Part shown: positions 37,001-48,000 of the stretch, piece by piece
Layout: each line of letters starts with the position of its first letter
How positions within the stretch are numbered: the stretch's first letter is position 1
From: Macrostomum lignano
Lineage: Eukaryota
Assembly (NCBI GenBank): GCA_002269645.1
Contig: NIVC01001750.1
Span: forward strand, 62,001-126,000
Direction of reading: 5' to 3'
DNA length: 64,000 bases
The notes under the pieces: generated by a model
What the model was told of the DNA's origin: nothing
The model's input: only the letters and a program-made list of their open reading frames with translations
Databases searched by the model: none
Program-made: the position numbers and the translations under genes

Positions 37001-37409
37001 CGGGATGTTCTTCCAACACACTGGTGGGAATGTTCTTCCAACACACTGATGGTAATGTTCTTCCAACACACTGGTGGGAATGTTCTTCCAACACACTGGT
37101 GGGAATGTTCTTCCAACACACTGGTGGGAATGTTCTTCCAACACACTGGTGGGAATGTTCTTCCAACACACTGGTGGGAATGTTCTTCCAACACACTGGT
37201 GGGAATGTTCTTCCAACACACTGGTGGGAATGTTCTTCCAACACACTGGTGGGAATGTTCTTCCAACACACTGGTGGGAATGTTCTTCCAACACACTGGT
37301 GGGAATGTTCTTCCAACACACTGGTGGGAATGTTCTTCCAACACACTGGTGGGAATGTTCTTCCAACACACTGGTGGGAATGTTCTTCCAACACACTGGT
37401 GGGAATGTT
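34004..37409 (+). repeat. 24-26-bp minisatellite (gggaatgttcttccaacacactggt)n, intergenic (~3.4 kb)
   Basis: Direct reading; stop-free minus strand explains the 1106-aa ORF. Confidence 0.96.
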
Positions 37410-37853
37410 TTTACATCACCTAAAGACAGGACTATGATTGTCTGCAATATTTGAAAATAGTTTCGGGTACTTACTAAAAAAATCTGAATTGGTCAGAGCT
37501 AAACTGCAATATTCCAGCTACACAACCCCGAGTCTCTCCACTCCGTAAACAATCCTACATGAACGCTGAGGCTCTGAGGTCTGTGCCCCTGACAACTTGC
37601 TCAGCTGTTGTCAAAACGGGTTAAAAAAATTGACCGCAGATAAAAATAACTCATAAAAATGAACAAAGGAAGACACAAACTCGTTTCCGCAAGTCACATG
37701 CCGTTCGTTTTATTCCCAAAGATGGAAAATTCGCACTAGCCAACGAAAGTTCGTCGAAATTCCTGACTTACTGTATAATCTGTGTCTGATGCCTCAGCAT
37801 CTCATCTTAACAAATCCAAAGAACAAGACTCGTAAGACCATCTGCCAGAATTA

Positions 37854-38132
37854 TCACAAGCAGTACTCGTATAAGATCATTTGCGGAGTGTTTCCAGCGT
37901 TGCAAGCCTGGTAGCTGCATCGAACACAAGCGGCGCATTCGCTAGCGGTTTTCCCACAAATGCCTTTCCAGCTCCGGCACCTGCTAACCGCTGTACCCAA
38001 GTCTTCACCGCAGTCGGTGGGGCAGGCGGAGCCCGGTTCAGAGCAGATCAAAGGGTATCCATCTACGGACAGGACGCAGACAGCAGTCAGCAGCAGAAGC
38101 GTTGGCAATAGAAGACTCTTTGTTGATGGCAT
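37854..38132 (-). CDS. Secreted cysteine-rich peptide, paralog 5 (92 aa; start MPSTKS at 38132)
   Basis: Leader MPSTKSLLLPTLLLLTAVCVLSVDG. Same spacing as paralog 4 (6,3,10,6,6,2,2,4,13), ends YEYCL. Acceptor cgcag just upstream of the ATG. AATAAA on minus strand near 37710. Confidence 0.85.
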   Translation of the reverse strand: MPSTKSLLLPTLLLLTAVCVLSVDGYPLICSEPGSACPTDCGEDLGTAVSRCRSWKGICGKTASECAACVRCSYQACNAGNTPQMILYEYCL

Positions 38133-38256
38133 GATTGATTCTGCGAGTTTAAACAAAATAAATTGTTTTTTTTTTGTTAAACCGGTTGTTAATTAAATCT
38201 AATGCCATTTGCAGCTTCCGTGTGTACTTGTATGCAAACATTGTTACAGCAATCAG

Positions 38257-38517
38257 ATCCGGTTAGCAAACATCCGGTTAGCAAACACATCCGGTTAGCA
38301 AACACATCCGGTTAGCAAACACATCCGGTTAGCAAACACATCCGGTTAGCAAACACATCCGGTTAGCAAACACATCCGGTTAGCAAACACATCCGGTTAG
38401 CAAACACATCCGGTTAGCAAACACATCCGGTTAGCAAACACATCCGGTTAGCAAACACATCCGGTTAGCAAACACATCCGGTTAGCAAACACATCCGGTT
38501 AGCTAACACTTCCGGTT
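38257..38517 (+). repeat. 17-bp tandem repeat (catccggttagcaaaca)n upstream of peptide paralog 5
   Basis: Direct reading; nearly perfect copies. Confidence 0.95.
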
Positions 38518-40250
38518 GGGAGCCACCTAAAAAACCTACTTTATATCTAGTTTAATCCGCCCCGTGTATTTCGCCTATTGCACTGAAATTGAGAAGACAG
38601 TAAAAGTGTTTAAATTTGGATAACATTGGAAACAATTAGGGGGCACCTAGCAATTGCCTCAGAAGTTTACTTGAGAGAATTTATGATTACAAGGGTCAAG
38701 GTTATAAAACTTGAGCTATTTAAGAGCGGGTTTTATGGTTTGCAATTATCTGCTGACTGCTTGCTGCTTGGGTTGTCATTCTGAGCACCCAACCGGAGCT
38801 AAAGAAATTTTCAATCGATTCGGGGGTGGAACATTCGAAAAGGCTTATGAAATCGTTTTATTGCTCTATAGCTACGGCAACAGGCCACAATGGGGACTGT
38901 GGTAGTTAACTCGCAATGTGAAAAACTTGTGGAGCAAAACCGCCCTGGCCGTAAACCGTCTTGAAGAAGTCACATGACCTGTCCCGCAACAGGTTTCAGA
39001 GCAGGAGTCCGTCTCTATAGGACTTCATGAACTTCTTTAAGCTAATTCAATGTTAAATGATGAGGAAGCTAATTTAGGGGATATGGAAGTTCCAGAATGG
39101 GAAATTTTCTATAGGGGAAGTTTAAGATGCATGCAGAAAACATTGAAGGTAATTTTAAATAGGGAATTTAGAGGATGGGGAATTTCCAGGATAGGACAAG
39201 ATTTTCTATTTTTGACAGGAGATTTCGAAGAACTGGAACATTTCAAGGGGATTTAAAGGATGGGGAATTTATTAAAAAGTATGGGGAATTTTGAGGATGG
39301 GGAATTTCGAGGTTAGGAACTTTTAGGAAGAAAAATTTCAAGAATGGGGAATTTTTAGGACGGAAAATTTTTAAGAAAGGGGAATTTTTAGGACGAAAAA
39401 TTTTAAGAATAGGAAATTCTTACAGTGGGCAACTTCCAGAATGGTGAGTGCTAAGGATGATGAATTTCGAAGGTAATTACAAGCGGAATTTCAGTGGGGA
39501 GTTTTTTAATTTAAGGATTGCACACTGCAGTTATACTGCAATGCAAGGCTCCTGATGTATAAATGGGAAATGGGAAATGGGAAATTTCTCATATAAATCT
39601 CCCCCAAATAAAAAAAGTTGCCACGCCAACGAAAGCAGCTTTTAGATTAAAGTTAAATTCTAGACTTTTAAATTTTACTAAGGCACGAGCTACTTTTTTT
39701 AAGAAACGACCATCGCACTTATCTAACGGTATTTTTGGGCACCGATTTGAATCTCATGAATACTTAGATTATTAAAGTACGAACTATAACAGATTAAATA
39801 AATAAAAAACAAGCCTTACAGCTATAAGATGATTATATTGTGGCTAAAAAGGCATTTGTTAAAATATTTCACTTACCAGTGGCAGAAAGCGCGCAATTGG
39901 ATAAACTTATAAGGCTAAATTAGCTCGAGTCAGGAGCCACGCAAGCTCAATTGCCGGTAGCTTATCTTATATAAGCAGTTAAATTACTATGGTACATTTT
40001 TGCAAGGTTAAAATTTAGTCGCTTGTAAAGTTTAGACAATAGAAATTGAAGGCATTAAATTTAGTTGGCCATAAAAGTTTTGGTCGTAAATTACATGTGT
40101 GCACAATTATAGATTTGTTGGGGTCATTCTGCAATTGATTGGTATTGTAGCGTCTTCGACTGCCCCCCCTCTGGACGGCGTCCCAAGAAGCGTTTTAAGA
40201 TCTGTAATGCAGAGGTCGGCAAATTCCGGCCCGCCAAGCCTCTCTATCCG

Positions 40251-42810
40251 GCTAAATGAGTGCCTGCGGCGCTAAAATGAGTGCCTGCGGCGCTAAAATG
40301 AGTGCCTGCGGCGCTAAAATGAGTGCCTGCGGCGCTAAAATGAGTGCCTGCGGCGCCAAAATGAGTGCCTGCGGCGCTAAAATGAGTGCCTGCGGCGCCA
40401 AAATGAGTGCCTGCGGCGCTAAAATGAGTGCCTGCGGCGCCAAAATGAGTGCCTGCAGCGCTAAAATGAGTGCCTGCAGCGCTAAAATGAGTGCCTGTGG
40501 CCCTAAAATGAGTGCCTGCGGCCCTAAAATGAGTGCCTGCGGCCCTAAAATGAGTGCCTGCGGCCCCAAAACGAGTGTCTGCGGCGCTAAAATGAGTGCC
40601 TGTGGCCCTAAAATGAGTGCCTGCGGCCCTAAAATGAGTGCCTGCGGCCCCAAAACGAGTGCCTGCGGCGCTAAAATGAGTGCCTGCCGCGCTAAAATGA
40701 GTGCCTGCAGCGCTAAAATGAGTGCATGCCTGCGGCGCTAAAATGAGTGCCTGCGGCGCTAAAATGAGTGCCTGTGGCGCTAAAATGAGTGCCTGCGGCG
40801 CTAAAATGAGTGCCTGCGGCGCCAAAATGAGTGCCTGCGGCGCTAAAATGAGTGCCTGCGGCGCTAAAATGATTGCCTGCGGCGCTAAAATGAGTGCCTG
40901 CGGCGCTAAAATGAGTGCCTGCGGCGCCAAAATGAGTGCCTGCAGCGCTAAAATGAGTGCCTGCAGCGCTAAAATGAGTGCCTGTGGCCCTAAAATGAGT
41001 GCCTGCGGCCCTAAAATGAGTGCCTGCGGCCCTAAAATGAGTGCCTGCGGCCCCAAAACGAGTGTCTGCGGCGCTAAAATGAGTGCCTGTGGCCCTAAAA
41101 TGAGTGCCTGCGGCCCTAAAATGAGTGCCTGCGGCCCCAAAACGAGTGCCTGCGGCGCTAAAATGAGTGCCTGCCGCGCTAAAATGAGTGCCTGCAGCGC
41201 TAAAATGAGTGCATGCCTGCGGCGCTAAAATGAGTGCCTGCGGCGCTAAAATGAGTGCCTGTGGCGCTAAAATGAGTGCCTGCGGCGCTAAAATGAGTGC
41301 CTGCGGCGCCAAAATGAGTGCCTGCAGCGCTAAAATGAGTGCCTGCGGCGCTAAAATGATTGCCTGCGGCGCTAAAATGAGTGCCTGCGGCGCTAAAATG
41401 AGTGCCTGCGGCGCCAAAATGAGTGCCTGCAGCGCTAAAATGAGTGCCTGCAGCGCTAAAATGAGTGCATGCCTGCGGCGCTAAAATGAGTGCCTGCGGC
41501 GCTAAAATGAGTGCCTGTGGCGCTAAAATGAGTGCCTGCCGCGCTAAAATGAGTGCCTGCCGCGCTAAAATGAGTGCCTGCGGCGCTAAAATGATTGCCT
41601 GCGGCGCTAAAATGAGTGCCTGCGGCGCTAAAATGAGTGCCTGCGGCGCCAAAATGAGTGCCTGCAGCGCTAAAATGAGTGCATGCCTGCGGCGCTAAAA
41701 TGAGTGCCTGCGGCGCTAAAATGAGTGCCTGTGGCGCTAAAATGAGTGCCTGCCGCGCTAAAATGAGTGCCCGCGGCGCTAAAATGAGTGCCTGCAGCGC
41801 TAAAATGAGTGCCTGCGGCGCTAAAATGAGTGCCTGCAGCGCTAAAATGAGTGCCTGCGGCGCTAAAATGAGTGCCTGCGGCGCTAAAATGAGTGCCTGC
41901 GGCGCCAAAATGAGTGCCTGCAGCGCTAAAATGAGTGCCTGCAGCGCTAAAATGAGTGCATGCCTGCGGCGCTAAAATGAGTGCCTGCGGCGCTAAAATG
42001 AGTGCCTGTGCCGCTAAAATGAGTGCCTGCCGCGCTAAAATGAGTGCCTGCCGCGCTAAAATGAGTGCCTGCGGCGCTAAAATGATTGCCTGCGGCGCTA
42101 AAATGAGTGCCTGCGGCGCTAAAATGAGTGCCTGCGGCGCCAAAATGAGTGCCTGCAGCGCTAAAATGAGTGCCTGCAGCGCTAAAATGAGTGCATGCCT
42201 GCGGCGCTAAAATGAGTGCCTGCGGCGCTAAAATGAGTGCCTGTGGCGCTAAAATGAGTGCCTGCAGCGCTAAAATGAGTGCCTGCGGCGCTAAAATGAG
42301 TGCCTGCAGCGCTAAAATGAGTGCCTGCGGCGCTAAAATGAGTGCCTGCGGCGCTAAAATGAGTGCCTGTGGCGCTAAAATGAGTGCCTGCCGCGCTAAA
42401 ATGAGTGCCCGCGGCGCTAAAATGAGTGCCTGCAGCGCTAAAATGAGTGCATGCCTGCGGCGCTAAAATGAGTGCCTGCAGCGCTAAAATGAGTGCCTGC
42501 AGCGCTAAAATGAGTGCATGCCTGCGGCGCTAAAATGAGTGCCTGCGGCGCTAAAATGAGTGCCTGCGGCGCTAAAATGAGTGCCTGCGGCGCTAAAATG
42601 AGTGCCTGCGGCGCTAAAATGAGTGCCTGCGGCCCTAAAATGAGTGCCTGCAGCGCTAAAATGAGTGCCTGCGGCGCTAAAATGAATGCCTGCGGCGCTA
42701 AAATGAGTGCCTGTGGCGCTAAAATGAGTGCCTGTGGCGCTAAAACGAGTGCCTGCCGCGCTAAAATGAGTGCCTGCCGCGCTAAAATGTGCCTGTGGCG
42801 CTAAAATGAG
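40251..42810 (+). repeat. 21-bp minisatellite (aaaatgagtgcctgcggcgct)n, ~120 copies, adjoining a transposon-like terminus ending at 42893
   Basis: Direct reading; same unit as at 10005-10185 and 28241-28281. Confidence 0.96.
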
Positions 42811-45001
42811 CGCTGACAACACGACTCATAATGTACATGTTGAATTCTTGACTTTGCCCCCCTCCCATCATAAAATTCATGGCGACGCCCCTGCTTTTGA
42901 ATGAAAATAACGAAGACAAAAAAGCATGAAAGTTTTAGATTTGTTTTACTCAATTCTCGAGGCAATCGGATTCTCAGTGTTAATTTACTGAACAAAGGAA
43001 AAGCGAAGAAAGAAGAAGATTGATGCGATTGTGTGCTGGTTAAACTTTATAATAATAGCAATAGTAATAATAAATCTATACGCGTAACTCTTGTGAAAGT
43101 CGGGCAGTTTTACAGAATACGAACACAAGTACAGATATTAAATAAATGAGTATGCATGCTCAGATCCCAGACAGTGGGAGCTCAGAGACTTGCGAATCAG
43201 CAAGTGATGATGAATTAATTCTCCAAGACGCGCATTCGAAATCAGACAGACGTCTTTGCAACCGCAGGAAAGGAAAAAGTTTATAGTCAGATCAGAGGGC
43301 CGAGTTTTTCATGCGCAGATTTAAGTCTCTATAGAATCTACAGAATGGCTACCGGCACACTCTACTAACAAGTAATATATAGATGAATATAGTAATAATT
43401 ACAAATAAAAGACAGTTTCGCACAGCATAGCAAAAGGCAGAATGAATGAACGAACTTAAAATGATTTCTGAGCACGGAGTAGCACAGGATAAAATATAAT
43501 TCCGCTTCAATTAACAAGGTATATATAATAGGTATGATTTAAAAAAACACGCACAAAAATGAATTCATGCGCTACTACTGCCCAAATAATCTGTTACCTT
43601 TGTTTTTAAACGACTGGTACCGATGAATAGGTTATTATTATATATAAAAAGAAGGCGTGTTCTCTTAGTGCAGCAAATTCTGAACATTCATGTATAGATA
43701 TAAATGTAATGCAAATATTAGATAATCCAAGTCTGACACCGCCAAGACAAAACAATGGCTTGAATTTTTTAGTTTCAATCAGCAATAAACAATTTTGCGA
43801 GAAGGAATTTACTAAAAAAAATTCACTACTGGCTAAGGGCCGACCAAGCAAACAAGAAAATCAAGGATCATTTCTTTTATTTGTCAAATCTTAAAATCAA
43901 CAGAGCAAAAAGAGGAAATTATAAGCAAGCAATGTGTAATGCCTGTGCATATAAGTGACAATGAAAGCATTAAGCATAATTCATTTATCATAAATAATTT
44001 CAAAAAAAGGGAATTACGAATTGAAAAAATAACAAGCACAAAAATCATACATATAGAACTAAAATTGCACGCTTAAACTGGCTGAGCTGACAGTACAGGG
44101 AGAGCACACGCTAAATGAATTATCGTTTATTAACGTATGTAATCATTGATTCTATTAATAAATCGGCCACTTTATTTACTACCACGGCGACATACTACTT
44201 TCAGCGACTCGACATTTATAATTCTTTTTTGTTGCAAAAATAAAACTTGATTTAACAATTTTTTCCTTTGAAGCGTTAGCATACTACTTTCAGCGACCGG
44301 AGTCATATAAATAAGCCAAACCCGCTATAACAAAAATTATATCAAATAATAGTTGTATTCCTCTGTTGAAAGCAAATCAACAACAACACAAGATGCAGAT
44401 TGTGATACTAATACTAATAATTAATTAATAATCATTTAAATTAATAAGCAAATCCCGATGAAAACAGTGTCTAGGCCAAGAAGCGTTTCAGAGTTGTTTC
44501 AGGTAACGCAGGTAGAATAGGAAAGGAGTGACTCTAGCAGATTTTAAAACGACGAGATGTCTCTGCGTCGCTTTCTGAACTAATTGCAGTTCGCAGTTAT
44601 AAATAAAAAACTCTATTTAGCCTACTTGACTCAGTAGAAAGTTATGCGCCAATAAAAACGACTCTAGGAAAACTTTTTATCGCGAGTCTCTTTAAGATTC
44701 TGCAACTCACGTGACCTGCAAAGCTGTTTGGCACAGGGAGGTCAAATCCTAACATAGAGAAATAAAATAATTTTATCAGATTATAACTGATAGTGTAGGC
44801 AGCTACAGTCAGTTACATTATTAACAAAGCGGTGAAATTGACCCAGTGTATAAAACAGAAGCACAGCCTCAGTTCTACATCACGCTGCTATGCCCATCCA
44901 TGCCGCTATAATCAAAATATGAAATCAGTCGGAGATAAACGCAAAAAAAACCAAGGCGTTCAACCCAGACCGATGCTCAAAGAAATTGAAGCCAACTAAT
45001 G

Positions 45002-48000
45002 TCAGGAATATTTCACCATCTTTTGCAAGGTCTGCAGAAATTCCTGATACGACTGGCTAGCGCCGCCCTCAGACCGGTCCTCGACTAGATAGCGCGTGAA
45101 CCTGCCGCGCTGGCGCCCGTCCTCGCGCAGCAGGGTGAGCGGCGCCCCGAACGGCCGGTCGCTTTGAAGGCATTCGACAAAACCGCGAACCCGCTCGGAC
45201 AGGGGATTGTCCAGCTCTGGGAGGCCGAGCTGGCCGTCACGAATCTTTAAAGAGAAGGGTGGTCGTGTTCTTTTAAGATGGGATAATGGGGATCTTTCAA
45301 GATGGGAGAATGGGGCTCTTTCAAGATGGGACAATGGGGCTCTTTCAAGATGGGACAATGGGGATCTTTCAAGATGGGATAATGGGGATCTTTCAAGATG
45401 GGAGAATGGGGCTCTTTCAAGATGGGACAATGGGGATCTTTCAAGATGGGAGAATGGGGCTCTTTCAAGAATGGGGCTCTTTCAAGATGGGATAATGGGG
45501 ATCTTTCAAGATGGGAGAATGGGGCTCTTTCAAGATGGGATAATGGGGCTCTTTCAAGATGGGAGAATGGGGATCTTTCAAGATGGGAGAATGGGAATCT
45601 TTCAAGATGGGAGAATGGGGCTCTTTCAAGATGGGAGAATGGGGGTTTTTATTAAGAGAGAATTGAAATATTTATTGAGAGGTAATGGGATCTTTATTGA
45701 GAACAGGGGCCTTTATTACAAGAGAATGGGGATCTCTATGGAGATAGGGGATCTCTATTGAGATAGGGGATCTCTATTAAGAATGGGGATCTCTATTGAG
45801 ATAGGGGATCTCTATTAAGAATGGGGATCTCTATTGAGATAGAGGATCTCTATAAAGACTGAGGAATAAAAAAAGAATGGGGATCTCTATAAAGAACGGG
45901 ATCGCTATAATGAATGGAGATCGCGATTGATAATGTGAGTCCATCAAGAGAGAATGGGGATCTCTATTGAGAATTGGGATCTTTATCAAAAGAAAATGGG
46001 GATCTCTATTGAGAATTGGGATCTTTATCAAAAGAGAATGGGGATCTCTATTGAGAATGGGGATCTCTATTGAGAATTGGGATCTTTATCAAAAGAGAAT
46101 GGGGATCTCTATTGAGAATTGGGATCTTTATCAAAAGAGAATGGGGATCTCTATTGAGAATGGGGATCTCTATTGAGAATGGGGATCTCTATTGAGAATT
46201 GGGATCTTTATCAAAAGAGAATGGGGATCTCTATTGAGAATGGGGATCTCTATTGAGAATTGGGATCTTTATCAAAAGAGAATGGGGATCTCTATTGAGA
46301 ATTGGGATCTTTATCAAAAGAGAATGGGGATCTCTATTGAGAATGGGGATCTCTATTGAGAATTGGGATCTTTATCAAGAGAGAATGGGGATCTCTATTG
46401 AGAATGGGGATATCTATTGAGAATTGGGATCTTTATCAAAAGAGAATGGGGATCTCTATTGAGAATTGGGATCTTTATCAAAAGAGAATGGGGATCTCTA
46501 TTGAGAATTGGGATCTTTATCAAAAGAGAATGGGGATCTCTATTGAGAATGGGGATCTCTATTGAGAATTGGGATCTTTATCAAAAGAGAATGGGGATCT
46601 GAATTAGAACAGAAATGGGAACATTTTGAGAAGGGAGAATTAGAATATTTTACTGCAGAATTTACCTGCTGAAAGGAGTCCACAGCGAACAGCTGTTGAT
46701 AGACAGCCTGAGGCATGCCGGAGAACACAAACAGCAGCAACTCCCTGCCGGCATCAAGCAGATACAATCCGCCGCGTTCAAGAAACTGAGCGCTCAAATG
46801 CAGCCTAGGCGGCTCGTCAATTTCGTCGTCAGATACTGATTGATTGTTTTGCTTCTGATCCTCCTGCTGCTGCTGCTGCTGCTGCTGCGGCGGCGGCGGC
46901 GGCCAAGCCGAAGGATGCAAAGCGTACAGATCCGGATAGGCCCGCATCAGCAGGAAGCGCAGCGGTGTCAGCTTCATAGCGGCCAGAGCGCCCGCCCGTT
47001 CGTCTAATCTGGTGCTGACGCCGAGCCGGAAGGCGGTGCACTTCATCAGGGCCAGCACCAGAGCCGGCAGCAGGCGCAGATGATAGGGCACGCACAGACT
47101 GCCAATTCTCTGGCCAGATGATAGGGCGCAATTGCCGTAGGCTGTGATCAGATCGACTACGGCGTTAACTAGAGCCTCTCTGGCGTCTGTCAGACTGCTG
47201 CCGATCGTCCGGTCTGTGGCCATCAGGGCTAGCAGGCCAGCAACCTGGCGGGCCGGTGGGTGATTGACAGCTGGATTAGCCACGTGAGTCGAGTTGGTGA
47301 AGGCGTTTTGGGTTTGCTGTGGAGGTTGTTTCTTATAAGGCTGGCATTCATGTGTGACGGCCAGTCACTGTCAGTGACATCTAATGTGACCGCCAGTGAC
47401 ATCTAATGTGACTGTCAGTGACATCTAATGTGACTGTCAGTGACATCTAATGTGACCGTCCGTGACATCTAATTTGACTGTCAGCGACATCTAATGTGAC
47501 TGTCAGCGACATCTAATGTGACCGCCAGTGACATCTAATGTGACTGTCAGTGACATCTAATGTGACCGTCCGTGACATCTAATTTGACCGTCAGTGACAT
47601 CTAATGTGACCGTCAGTGACCCCTAATGTGACCGCCAGTGACATCTAATGTGACCGTCAGTGACATCTAATTTGACCGTCAGTGACATCTAATTTGACCG
47701 TCAGTGACATCTAATGTGACTGTCAGTGACATCTAAGCTAATGTGACCGTCCGTGACATCTAATTTGACTGTCAGCGACATCTAATGTGACTGTCAGTGA
47801 CATCTAATGTGACCGTCCGTGACATCTAATTTGACTGTCAGCGACATCTAATGTGACTGTCAGTGACATCTAATGTGACCGTCCGTGACATCTAATTTGA
47901 CTGTCAGCGACATCTAATGTGACTGTCAGCGACATCTAATGTGACCGCCAGTGACATCTAATGTGACTGTCAGTGACATCTAATGTGACCGTCCGTGACA

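Noticed and set aside
34051-37447. Very long ORFs (1106, 815, 371 aa; CWKNIPTSVLEEHSHQ repeats)
   Set aside because: Translations of a 25-bp satellite that is open in several frames; no unique domain or splice context.
40244-42822. MSACGAK / APQALIL / HFSAAGT repeat ORFs (also 9873-10389)
   Set aside because: 21-bp transposon-associated satellite.
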